Shown in pieces: positions 1 through 9,244 of a stretch of 64,000 nt of DNA. The position numbers and the translations under genes are program-made. The stretch comes from an uncultured Pseudomonadota bacterium (GTDB lineage: Bacteria; Pseudomonadota; Alphaproteobacteria; RF32; CAG-239), in assembly GCA_902763155.1 (NCBI GenBank), contig CACWQS010000011.1, positions 1,197 to 65,196 on the forward strand. The letters run 5' to 3'. Numbering within the stretch: the first letter of the stretch is position 1; each line of letters starts with the position of its first letter. Below the pieces are notes generated by a model that worked only from the letters and a program-made list of their open reading frames with translations, was not told the DNA's origin and ran no database searches.

Positions 1-1697
1 TCTTCCGGATTAAGTCCAAACGGTGCCAAAATCTTGCTATAATCTTCCAGTGCCGTTTTCGATAACATTTCCAAATATTTATCGGCAAAATTATCAACTT
101 TACCTGACTGACTGACTTTATAAAGCGAATTTACAAAACAATCGGCATACGAATACGCATACACATAAAAAGGCAAAAAGAAAAAGTGCCCGACCATCGA
201 CCAAATATCGGCGCTGTCAGCATCAACAACCACAGCATCTCCAAGACTGGCTCGCATTTCTTCCTGCCAAATCTGACTCAAACGCTCAGCCGTAAGCTCT
301 CCGTCGCGCCGTTCATTATGTGCCCGCAGTTCAAAGAAATGAAAAGCAATTTGGCGAATCGCCGTGTTTATCATATCGCCAACTTTAGATGCAATCAAAC
401 ACAGACGCGCCTTGTCATCTTTCATATTGCGCAACATCGACTGAAACACTATCATCTCCCCGAAAACCGAAGCCACTTCTTCCGATGTCATTCGCGAATG
501 TTCATTAAGTTCGCCGTTTTTCAATCTTAATTGATGGTGGCAGCCGTGTCCCAATTCATGAGCCAAAGTCAAAACATCATTCTGTTTGCCATTAAAATTC
601 AGCATCAAATACGGATGCTCTGTTGCCAAAGGTCCGCTGCAAAACGCCCCGCTGCGCTTTCCGTCACGCGGCGGCACATCAATCCATTGATTAACAAAAA
701 AGTCTTTCGCAATATCATACAACTTCGGCGAAAACTCTTTATATGCGTCCAAAACTGTTTCCACCGCTTCATCCCAGCTATAATTAGTATCTTCCACAAA
801 CGGCAACGGTGCATTTCTGTCCCAATAGTTGATTTTTTCAACTCCTAACCATTTTGCTTTCAATTTATAAAATCTATGCGCTATGTCTTTATAATGTTTG
901 CGCACTGTTTGCGCCAACACTTCCACGCTTTCATCACTGACATCTTCACTCATATTCCGCGCTGAAATAGGTGTTTTGAAACCGCGTTTTTCGTCTTCAA
1001 CCGCCTTATCTTTAATCACCATATTATAGATAAACGTCAACAAGTGACTGTTTTCACGCAAAACTCTGTTCATTTCACGACCGGCCTTTAAGCGCACATC
1101 CGCATCCTTATTGAGCAAAAGCATCGAAAGTTCCGCATCGTTATACTTTTTGCCGTCAACTTCGTAAACCAAACGCGCCGATGTTTCTTCATAAAGCCGA
1201 ACCCAAGCATCTCCGGAAGTAAGCGATTTTTCCAACAAAAGCCTCTCCTCCGGTTCGCTCAGTTCATAATCTTTGAACTTCCGCACACGCTTAATCCAAT
1301 AACGATATTCATAAATACGCCCATCTTTCAGCCATGTATCTATTTTTTCTTGCGGCAAAGCATTAAATTCCACACTGAAAAACACCGTCGGTTTGGCATA
1401 ATCGGTCAGCGTTTCTTCAATTTGTTGATAAAAACCGACAGCCTCGGTATTTTTCATTTGCGTTACCATATTCAAATAGGCAAAACCACCTAACCTGCCG
1501 GCAATTAAAGAACGATTTTCTATATTTTTGATTAGCTCGAGAAATTCATCAGCAGATAAATCTGCCAACTTACCTTTATATTTTTCAGCAAATTCCTTCG
1601 CTGAAACTCTATATTTTTCAATATCCATCATTATCTGCGGATCTTTTATCGACTTATACAAATCGCTCAAATCCCACGCCGGTAAACTTTTACTCAT
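1..1697 (-). CDS. pepF: Oligoendopeptidase F / M3B zinc metallopeptidase (N-terminus complete, C-terminus runs off the window)
   Basis: Absent from the ORF track because it has no in-window stop. My minus-strand translation from ATG at 1695-1697 (MSKSLPAWDLSDLYKS...) stays open to position 1. It contains the zincin motif LAHELGHGCHH (first His codon at 558-560). The start overlaps the upstream ORF stop by 8 nt. Confidence 0.8.
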   Translation of the reverse strand, partial: MSKSLPAWDLSDLYKSIKDPQIMMDIEKYRVSAKEFAEKYKGKLADLSADEFLELIKNIENRSLIAGRLGGFAYLNMVTQMKNTEAVGFYQQIEETLTDYAKPTVFFSVEFNALPQEKIDTWLKDGRIYEYRYWIKRVRKFKDYELSEPEERLLLEKSLTSGDAWVRLYEETSARLVYEVDGKKYNDAELSMLLLNKDADVRLKAGREMNRVLRENSHLLTFIYNMVIKDKAVEDEKRGFKTPISARNMSEDVSDESVEVLAQTVRKHYKDIAHRFYKLKAKWLGVEKINYWDRNAPLPFVEDTNYSWDEAVETVLDAYKEFSPKLYDIAKDFFVNQWIDVPPRDGKRSGAFCSGPLATEHPYLMLNFNGKQNDVLTLAHELGHGCHHQLRLKNGELNEHSRMTSEEVASVFGEMIVFQSMLRNMKDDKARLCLIASKVGDMINTAIRQIAFHFFELRAHNERRDGELTAERLSQIWQEEMRASLGDAVVVDADSADIWSMVGHFFFLPFYVYAYSYADCFVNSLYKVSQSGKVDNFADKYLEMLSKTALEDYSKILAPFGLNPE

Positions 1698-2274
1698 CTT
1701 TTTGCTTCTCCTCAAATTTCTCCATAAACGCCTCCTCGCTAATGTCTCCCTGTTCAACATCTTCTTCGGCAGGTTCTTGCTCTATATCCGCCTTCACATC
1801 ATTGGGAAGCACATCTTCGGGAGCAGACATATGCACATCATCACGCAAATTCAAGCCTCTGTTTTTGGCCTCTTCCAGTTCCTCCTTTTTACCATGTATA
1901 AATTGACTCTGTGCTTCTAAGTCTGCCATATCGGCCACAATATCTCCGTCATAGTCATTGTTATAAATTGTCTCAGGTTCAAATAAATAATTAGCCCACG
2001 GTGTTGGTTGTTTTCCGCGCATCCAAGCTCCGAAACCGTCTAAAATAACAAAAGTATTGCACTTCATATCTTGCCACAAATATTTCAGCGGGCAACCAAC
2101 GCTTCCTTTTTTGCATATCGAAACACTGCTTACCAACTGCTCTGTGCAAGGAATAAAGCCACGCTTTTGCATATCAACTTTCGGAGAAACAGCCAACATA
2201 AGCGTAATATAGGCCACAAACGCAACCATTAAAGCCAAAATGTAGTAATACAATAAATGCAAAAATCTTGTCAT
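1690..2274 (-). CDS. Hypothetical membrane-anchored Cys-rich protein with acidic C-terminal tail
   Basis: 194-aa ORF with an N-terminal hydrophobic helix, four Cys shortly after it and an Asp/Glu-rich tail. Its start abuts the glmU-like stop and its stop overlaps the pepF start, suggesting translational coupling. No family recognised. Confidence 0.5.
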   Translation of the reverse strand: MTRFLHLLYYYILALMVAFVAYITLMLAVSPKVDMQKRGFIPCTEQLVSSVSICKKGSVGCPLKYLWQDMKCNTFVILDGFGAWMRGKQPTPWANYLFEPETIYNNDYDGDIVADMADLEAQSQFIHGKKEELEEAKNRGLNLRDDVHMSAPEDVLPNDVKADIEQEPAEEDVEQGDISEEAFMEKFEEKQKDE

Positions 2275-3000
2275 CTACTTTCTGTCTCCGGCATATTTTT
2301 CCAATAACGCCAATTCTTCCAATGTATTTGCGCTGGCGACTTCTTCCGGCTTGCCTTCAAACGCCGTGCATTTCAATCCCATCTGATGAGCCACTTCCAC
2401 CGCATCGGTTAAATAGAACTCACCGGCGGCATTTTTATTACCTATACGAGCCAAAATATCAAACAAATATTTACCATCAAACGCCATAAAGCCGGAATTA
2501 CAAAAATCTATGGCTTTTTCTTCATCGGTAGCATCTTTAAATTCGACAATCCGCTCTAATTCATTACCTTTCATAACCAAGCGCCCGTATCTCGCGGCAT
2601 CGGCGGGTCTGAACCCCAACACCACCACAGCAAAACCTTCTTTAACTTTAGCTATAGAACGCTCAAAAGTTTGTTTTGTAATTAGCGGAGTATCACCGAA
2701 AATTACCAAAACCGATCCATCAAAACCATTTAACATACCTTTTGCACAATTAACCGCATGTCCGGTTCCGAGTTGCGCTTCTTGCACACAAGTCTTATAC
2801 GGAGCAACCGTTTTTGCCACCTCATGTCCATCGGGAGAAATAACCGTAACAATTTCATCTACCGGAATAGTCTCGAGTGTATCAATAATATGCTTAATCA
2901 TCGGTTTTCCACACACCGGCATCAAAACTTTAGGCTTATCAGATTTCATTCTTGTTCCTTTTCCGGCTCCTAAAATAACCGCTGCCACTTTATCGCTCAT
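2275..3000 (-). CDS. glmU: GlmU-type sugar-1-phosphate nucleotidyltransferase, N-terminal uridyltransferase domain only
   Basis: 241 aa. Motifs LGAGKGTRMKS, QLGTGHA, NSGFMAF and EFYLTD match the GlmU pyrophosphorylase domain. The ORF ends at the inter-domain linker and no left-handed beta-helix hexapeptide repeats follow. Confidence 0.75.
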   Translation of the reverse strand: MSDKVAAVILGAGKGTRMKSDKPKVLMPVCGKPMIKHIIDTLETIPVDEIVTVISPDGHEVAKTVAPYKTCVQEAQLGTGHAVNCAKGMLNGFDGSVLVIFGDTPLITKQTFERSIAKVKEGFAVVVLGFRPADAARYGRLVMKGNELERIVEFKDATDEEKAIDFCNSGFMAFDGKYLFDILARIGNKNAAGEFYLTDAVEVAHQMGLKCTAFEGKPEEVASANTLEELALLEKYAGDRK

Positions 3001-3086
3001 GTTTTTTCTCCTTTATCCATTTTTTAATTTTTATGATTTAGTATTAAATTTGAGTATAATTTACACGTAATTACAGAGGACTTCAA

Positions 3087-5225
3087 ATGAAAAAAGTTTT
3101 TTTACTCATTTTCTGTGGCTTATTCTTTCAGAGTATAAACTCTCAAGCAGATGTTGTCTCTATTGTAGATATGGGCAGGAACAGACCTCAACCTAAAAAA
3201 ATAGAACCGACGGAGACTGTGGCGCCTGGTATGCCTGATCCGCGTGATCAAGAAGCGGTACGTACATATTTCAAAAACCGCATCGAACACGCCGCTACCA
3301 CTAAAGTAAGCCCTGATGAAGACTATACTTCGCCAACTTCTGTTGATGTTGTGCATACCACTGAATATATGAAAGCTCAAGAAGAAGAAAAAAAGCCTTT
3401 ATTTCAAAAAATGTATGAAGAAGCCGTGCAGGCACTAAATAAAGAAGATTCCCCAAACGCACAAGCTCCCGATGCTACACCTGATGAGAAACAGGCTGCG
3501 GCATCGGCAACCCGCTTTTTCACTCTAGATACTCCGCGTCGTCCTCGCATTGAAGATGATACCAACCTCGAACCGCAGATTGCTACGGTCAGCTTTACTA
3601 TGCCGAGCGGTCGTCGCATGCTGGCACCTGCCATAGAGCATATTCCATACTTTTTAACCTATATGGATATTCAGGCAAACGGATTTATCAAAGTTGAGGA
3701 AACAATTATCGTTGTTGCCGATAACAACAAATTTGCCCAAGCCATGCGCCGCGTCTATCCTAAATATGTGTATGACGAAAAAGGCAACGCCCAACGTATT
3801 GAATTTATCCTTTCTTCGGTAAGCATTAACGATGTTCCCGTTGAATACACAACCGAAGAAATCGGTAATGATATTATCTTAAAACCTAAATACAAACAAA
3901 ATATTGAACCGGGAGTTTATACCTATACTTTCAATTATATGGTCAACTACCATCTGCAAGAAAAGAATAACTTTGTTATTATGAATTGGCCGCTTACCGG
4001 ACGTCCTATCAATGCTTTTATAACATCGGCCAACGCCATTGTTACCCTGCCTAACGGGCAAACTTTCAGAAACGCTCAAGGTATAATCGGTAATAACGGC
4101 AAATATACCAACCTCCGCACAAATATAATACCTATGGCAGAAAACGTGGTTGCCTTTTCAAACTTCACTCCTCTGCTTAACGGTGAAAATATGAATATCG
4201 TTACAGTTATGAATAAATCTGCTTTTTTGCCTGATTTTAACAAAGGTTTTAACACATTTTTACATAATTGGGGCAATATCTTATACGCCACACTCGGTCT
4301 GATTGCCATTTTCTTTTCATATCTGTTATCTCTTATAACCCTGAAACGTGAACACAAAAAAGGCAAATATACCCCGTCATATAACGGTTCGCTTATGCGC
4401 CACATCTTGGTCGGCAAATATGACCGTGTTGCCTTTGTCGCACAAATTCTTGATTTATATCGCAAACAAGCACTGAATATAACGATTGAGAACAACCGCC
4501 TGATATTAACAAAGCAAAATACTACTAGCAGCCGCTTAAACAAAATAGATAGAAAAGCCTTGAGACGCCTGTTTTCTCGCAAAATAAAACAAAGAGAAGT
4601 TAATGTTTATAATAATAAAATATTTAAATCGGTTAACAAATTGTTTGAAAAAAATAATAAAAAGCAAATCAAAAAATATCGCCTGATGCATAACATAAGT
4701 TACGTATTTTTCAGCTGTGCCATGCTCTTGTTAACCCTTATTTTTATCGCTTTTATAAGCGTAAATATGGCGCAAATGTTAATTATACTTTTAACTACAT
4801 CTGCTCTTTATGCTTTTTATATTTGGATTTTCCGCCATCGTTTCAAACGTTGGTATATAAATATTTTGGTTAAATTGTTTGCAGTTTTAGCCATATTTGC
4901 GGTGTGGATTTTCAGCAGTGTTTACATCGGTGGAACTGCAAACTTCATCATTTTGCTTATGATCACCACCATTTTTGCTTTTACCAATATTTTTAATGAA
5001 CAAAACAGCTTTATTAACGAAGCCAAAGCCTCTATAAGTAATTATAAAGAATATTTGCAAACTAATGCTGACGCCATCAACTTAAGTCGCGATTTTCTCA
5101 ACCAACAGTCCAATATATTTGCTCTCGATATTACTGAATATTTTCCGCAAAATCCGGCAAATAAAAACTTCTATAAGTTGGATATAGCCGAACAACTGCG
5201 CCAAGCTTTGGTCGGTATTTTATAG
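3087..5225 (+). CDS. Large membrane protein, DUF2207-like (signal peptide, extracytoplasmic N-domain, multi-TM C-terminal half)
   Basis: 712-aa ORF with an RBS-like GAGGA upstream, a signal peptide (MKKVFLLIFCGLFFQSINSQA), one central TM and about four C-terminal TMs. The family call is from memory of DUF2207 architecture. Confidence 0.5.
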   Translation: MKKVFLLIFCGLFFQSINSQADVVSIVDMGRNRPQPKKIEPTETVAPGMPDPRDQEAVRTYFKNRIEHAATTKVSPDEDYTSPTSVDVVHTTEYMKAQEEEKKPLFQKMYEEAVQALNKEDSPNAQAPDATPDEKQAAASATRFFTLDTPRRPRIEDDTNLEPQIATVSFTMPSGRRMLAPAIEHIPYFLTYMDIQANGFIKVEETIIVVADNNKFAQAMRRVYPKYVYDEKGNAQRIEFILSSVSINDVPVEYTTEEIGNDIILKPKYKQNIEPGVYTYTFNYMVNYHLQEKNNFVIMNWPLTGRPINAFITSANAIVTLPNGQTFRNAQGIIGNNGKYTNLRTNIIPMAENVVAFSNFTPLLNGENMNIVTVMNKSAFLPDFNKGFNTFLHNWGNILYATLGLIAIFFSYLLSLITLKREHKKGKYTPSYNGSLMRHILVGKYDRVAFVAQILDLYRKQALNITIENNRLILTKQNTTSSRLNKIDRKALRRLFSRKIKQREVNVYNNKIFKSVNKLFEKNNKKQIKKYRLMHNISYVFFSCAMLLLTLIFIAFISVNMAQMLIILLTTSALYAFYIWIFRHRFKRWYINILVKLFAVLAIFAVWIFSSVYIGGTANFIILLMITTIFAFTNIFNEQNSFINEAKASISNYKEYLQTNADAINLSRDFLNQQSNIFALDITEYFPQNPANKNFYKLDIAEQLRQALVGIL

Positions 5226-5460
5226 AAACTTTACCTATACGAAGAAAGATTTTTTCGCCACACGCACATGAAGAACGAAAAAACTCAGAGAATGAGATTG
5301 ATAGAAAAAGGTTTTTTGTCGCAGTGTACAAAATAGTACATAAATAAAGCAAAAAACTCAGAGAATGAGGTTAATACGCAGAAAGTCTTTTTGCGCGGTG
5401 TACAAAATAGTACATAAGCAAAAAGACTTTCAAGTAGTAACCCATTATATGAGTTTTAAA
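5226..5460. repeat. Intergenic structured repeat cluster (about 2.5 units) between convergent genes. The terminal unit 5357-5460 abuts the nifJ stop.
   Basis: A perfect 14-bp stem (5381-5394 / 5418-5431) has a loop carrying TGTAC-AAAATA-GTACA. A second unit at 5284-5356 has the stem GTTTTTTGTC/GCAAAAAAC. A degenerate third hairpin lies at about 5240-5283. Confidence 0.85.
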
Positions 5461-8400
5461 TTATTTGTATTGAGCGAGATGCTCCAACAATGCGCGTTTT
5501 TCATCAACATTAGCCTGCGCCTTACCCAAAAGCATTTCATAACGCTCTGGATTGGCCTTGTTGACAACTTGGAAACGGGTTTCACTCGCCATAAATTCGG
5601 AGAGAGGCTTGCTCGGCGCTTTCGAATCGAGCGTCAATGGTGCAATACCTGCCTTCATATTATCCGGATTATAGCGATAGAGCGGCCAAGATCCGCTTTC
5701 CACCGCATTCTTTTGGTGGCTCAAACCATCAGCCATATTAAGTCCTTGGTTAATACATGGGCAATAAGCGATAATAATCGACGGACCATCATAAGCCTCG
5801 GCTTCATTAAATGCCTTGATTGTCTGCATATCGTTAGCGCCCATTGCAACTTGCGCCACATAAACATTACCGTAAGACATGGCAATCATACCCAAATCTT
5901 TCTTCGGCAATTCTTTACCGGCTGTCGCAAATTTCGCCGAAGCTCCCATCGGTGTCGCTTTCGATTGTTGACCGCCGGTATTAGAATAAACTCCGGTATC
6001 AACTACCAAAATATTAACGTTGCGACCGCTGGCAATAGCGTGGTCAAGACCGCCGAAACCGATATCATAAGCCCAACCATCACCGCCGATAATCCATACC
6101 GACTTCTTAATTAAATAATCGGCAACTTCGTTCAAATGCTTAGCTTCTTCGCTGTTCATCGTTGCCAATTTAGCCCGCAAAGCCATCACATTATCACGTT
6201 GCGCATCAATTTCGATGTCGTTTGTTTGCGGATTTGTCAGCAATTTATCTGCAATATCGCCGAGTTCATTTTTCAAACCTTCGAGCAAAGATTTTGCCAT
6301 TTCTTTCCCTTGATCAATGGAAAGACGCATACCCAAACCAAACTCTGCATTATCCTCAAACAACGAGTTAGCCCAAGCCGGTCCATGTCCCTTTTCATCT
6401 TTGCAATACGGAGTTGTCGGCAAATTACCCGAATAAATCGAAGAACAACCGGTAGCATTGGCAACCACCATTCTATCGCCGAATAATTGCGTTAACAGCT
6501 TAATATACGGGGTTTCGCCGCAACCGGCACAAGCACCGGAAAACTCAAACAACGGTTGAATCATTTGCGTTGTTTTCGGTAAATTCTTCACCACATCGGT
6601 CCGCTTAACATATGGTAATGTTTCAAAGAATTTCCAATTTGCCTTTTCGGTTTCCAAATGATTTTCGATATGGTCCATATTGATGGCGTGCAATTCCGGA
6701 TTTTCTTTGTTTTTAGCCGGACAAGCACTTACACAAACGCCGCAACCGGTACAATCTTCCGGAGAAATCTGCAAAATAAATTGCTTACCGGCAAATTCCT
6801 TACCCTTGTAATCAGCGTGCTTCAAAGTCGCCGGAGCACCCGCTAATTGGGCCTCATCGGCAACTTTCATTCTTATAACCCCATGCGGACAAACAATCGA
6901 GCATTTACCGCATTGAATACAGGTATTTGCATCCCATACCGGTACTTCGGTTGCCACACAGCGCTTTTCATATTGCGTCGTTGCTGTCGGCCATGTACCG
7001 TCAACAACTTCTTGCAATTCCGAGGTTGTAACATCATCACCTTTATCGGCAATCAACTTCGCTGTTAAACCTTGAACAAATTTCGGAGCATCTGCCGGAA
7101 CCGCCGCCAAGCGATGGAATGTAGAAGTAACATGATCCGGATATTTCACTTCAAACAAATGCGCCAAAGAAGCATCAACTGCGGCAAAGTTCTTTTGTAC
7201 CACCGCATCGCCTTTCTTGGAATACGTCTTCTTAATTGCGGCTTTAATCTGTGCAATCGCCTCATCTTTCGGTAAAATATTAGAGATTGCAAAGAAGCAC
7301 GTCTGCATTACGGTATTGATACGTTGTCCCATACCGGTTGCCCGTGCCACTTCAACAGCGTTAATCGTATAAAATTTGAGGTGCTTAGCTAAAATTTGCT
7401 CTTGCACTTCAATCGGCAAATGATCCCAAACTTCATCGGCCTTATAAGGCGCGTTTAACAAGAAAGTAGCCCCATCTTTGGCAATGTGTAAAATATCAAC
7501 TTTCTTCATAAATTGGAACTGGTGGCAAGCCACAAAATCTGCCTTATTGATTAAATAAGCACTGCGAATCGGATTATCCGAGAAACGCAAGTGTGAAGTT
7601 GTCATCGAACCGGATTTACGCGAATCGTAAACGAAATATCCCTGTCCGTATTTACCGGCATCTTCAGCGATAATCTTAATTGAGTTTTTGTTGGCGCCAA
7701 CCGTTCCGTCCGCACCTAAACCGAAGAATACGGCGCGCACCACATCATCTGGCTCAACATCAAACGATGCATCATAAGCCAACGACTTATAAGTCAAATC
7801 ATCTTCAATACCAACCGTAAAGCCGTTAATCGGAGCGCTTGCAACCGCATTGTCAAACACCGCCTTAGCCATAGCCGGTGTAAATTCTTTAGAAGACAGA
7901 CCATAGCGTCCTCCATAAATTTTCGGCAAGAAAGCAATTTTACCGTTACTGAATGCTTGTGACAAAGCGGTGACCACATCAAGATAAAGCGGCTCACCGA
8001 GCGAACCGGATTCTTTAGTCCTATCCAAAACAGAAATAACTTTTGCTGTCTTAGGCAAAGCTTTTAAGAAAGATTCTGTCGGGAACGGACGATATAAATG
8101 AACTTTCAAAACGCCTAATTTTGCTCCGTGTGCATTCAGGTATTCAATGGTTTCTTCTACCGTTTCGGCACCGGAACCCATTACCACAACCACGTTTTCG
8201 GCATCTTCAGCGCCGACATAGTCAACAACATGATATTGACGACCGGTAATGGCGGCAAACTTATCCATTTCCTCTTGAACAATGCCTTCTACTTTTTCAT
8301 AATACGGATTCGCCGCTTCACGACCTTGGAAAAACACATCCGGATTCTGTGCCGTACCGCGAATTACAGGTTTTTCCGGACGCAAAGCATGCTTAGCGTT

Positions 8401-9009
8401 GAATTTATAATCTACATCTTTCAACATTGCTCTCAAATCATCATCAGAAAGCAATTTAATTTTCTTAATTTCGTGTGAAGTACGGAAACCGTCAAAGAAA
8501 TGCATAAACGGCACACGTGAACGCAAGGTAGATGTTTGTGCAATCGCCGTCATATCCGTAGCTTCCTGCACCGAATTGGAGCAAAGCATCGCAAAACCCG
8601 TCTGACGGCACCCCATCACATCGGAGTGGTCGCCATAAATTGATAATGCATGATAAGCAAGCGAACGTGCTGCCACATGCATCACAAACGGCATCAACTC
8701 ACCGGCAATTTTATACATATTCGGAATCATCAAGAGCAAACCCTGTGAAGCCGTAAAGGTTGTGGTAAGCGAACCGGCCTGCAAGGCTCCGTGACAAGCG
8801 CCAGCCGCCCCTGCTTCTGATTGCATTTCTTGCACTTCTGGCGTTACACCCCAAATATTTTTTTGCTTTGCTGCTGACCAAGCATCTGCCCATTCTCCCA
8901 TCGGCGAAGACGGAGTAATCGGGTAAATAACGCAAACTTCATTCATACGATGTGCTACATTTGCACAGGCTTCGTTAGCGTCCATCATTTTCATTTTTGC
9001 TTCTGACAT
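5461..9009 (-). CDS. nifJ: Pyruvate:ferredoxin (flavodoxin) oxidoreductase, single-chain PFOR
   Basis: 1182 aa. Two ferredoxin-type motifs (CIQCGKCSIVCPH, CTGCGVCVSACPA) and the TPP-binding GGDGWAYDIGFGGLDH motif. Length is typical of NifJ/YdbK. Confidence 0.95.
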   Translation of the reverse strand: MSEAKMKMMDANEACANVAHRMNEVCVIYPITPSSPMGEWADAWSAAKQKNIWGVTPEVQEMQSEAGAAGACHGALQAGSLTTTFTASQGLLLMIPNMYKIAGELMPFVMHVAARSLAYHALSIYGDHSDVMGCRQTGFAMLCSNSVQEATDMTAIAQTSTLRSRVPFMHFFDGFRTSHEIKKIKLLSDDDLRAMLKDVDYKFNAKHALRPEKPVIRGTAQNPDVFFQGREAANPYYEKVEGIVQEEMDKFAAITGRQYHVVDYVGAEDAENVVVVMGSGAETVEETIEYLNAHGAKLGVLKVHLYRPFPTESFLKALPKTAKVISVLDRTKESGSLGEPLYLDVVTALSQAFSNGKIAFLPKIYGGRYGLSSKEFTPAMAKAVFDNAVASAPINGFTVGIEDDLTYKSLAYDASFDVEPDDVVRAVFFGLGADGTVGANKNSIKIIAEDAGKYGQGYFVYDSRKSGSMTTSHLRFSDNPIRSAYLINKADFVACHQFQFMKKVDILHIAKDGATFLLNAPYKADEVWDHLPIEVQEQILAKHLKFYTINAVEVARATGMGQRINTVMQTCFFAISNILPKDEAIAQIKAAIKKTYSKKGDAVVQKNFAAVDASLAHLFEVKYPDHVTSTFHRLAAVPADAPKFVQGLTAKLIADKGDDVTTSELQEVVDGTWPTATTQYEKRCVATEVPVWDANTCIQCGKCSIVCPHGVIRMKVADEAQLAGAPATLKHADYKGKEFAGKQFILQISPEDCTGCGVCVSACPAKNKENPELHAINMDHIENHLETEKANWKFFETLPYVKRTDVVKNLPKTTQMIQPLFEFSGACAGCGETPYIKLLTQLFGDRMVVANATGCSSIYSGNLPTTPYCKDEKGHGPAWANSLFEDNAEFGLGMRLSIDQGKEMAKSLLEGLKNELGDIADKLLTNPQTNDIEIDAQRDNVMALRAKLATMNSEEAKHLNEVADYLIKKSVWIIGGDGWAYDIGFGGLDHAIASGRNVNILVVDTGVYSNTGGQQSKATPMGASAKFATAGKELPKKDLGMIAMSYGNVYVAQVAMGANDMQTIKAFNEAEAYDGPSIIIAYCPCINQGLNMADGLSHQKNAVESGSWPLYRYNPDNMKAGIAPLTLDSKAPSKPLSEFMASETRFQVVNKANPERYEMLLGKAQANVDEKRALLEHLAQYK

Positions 9010-9156
9010 TTCAATTATATCCTTACAAAAGTTTAAGTTAAAACACTGGCGCGTTTATACCACATTACAGCGAAAAATCAAGCCCATTTAAATGATTTAG
9101 CCCAACTAAAATCAGACAAAAATCAATAAATATATACAAAAAAAGCATTTAAGGGG

Positions 9157-9185
9157 TTGACAAAACCGATAAATAAGGGTATATC
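9157..9185 (+). promoter_or_regulatory. Sigma-70-like promoter for the M16-like gene
   Basis: TTGACA (9157-9162), a 17-18 nt spacer, then TATATC (9180-9185), about 60 nt upstream of ATG 9245. Confidence 0.4.
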
Positions 9186-9244
9186 TGAAGCACAATATCG
9201 TGATTTATATACAAATTTTGTTTAATCTATTAAAATCAACGCTT

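Noticed and set aside
186-848. Plus-strand ORFs 186-530 and 531-848 (and minus ORF 605-841) from the track
   Set aside because: They lie inside, and antisense or out of frame to, the long minus-strand pepF reading frame, which carries an unambiguous HELGH zincin motif. Their products are low-complexity with no motifs.
5431-5452. GTAG tetranucleotide next to the hairpin (as in RAYT-associated REPs), and a TATAAT/TATGAT box in the tail as a possible promoter
   Set aside because: GTAG lies on the wrong side of the hairpin for the classic REP layout and is absent from the hup and rplJ copies. No acceptable -35 precedes the TATAAT-like box (0-3 of 6 matches). No RAYT gene is in the window.
5395-5460. 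Small ORF in the element tail, in frame after the nifJ stop (MGYYLKVFLLMYYFVHRAKRLSAY), and the idea of stop-codon readthrough given the 36/39/42-nt spacings
   Set aside because: The fadL-locus copy has a 1-nt indel in the loop that shifts the frame after about 14 codons. There is no RBS before the ATG, and the hup and rplJ copies do not conserve the peptide. Conservation therefore follows structure, not coding.
5365-6114. 249-aa plus-strand ORF and other plus-strand ORFs across 5365-8478
   Set aside because: They are antisense to the 1182-aa PFOR gene, which has clear cofactor motifs. The first also starts inside the intergenic repeat.
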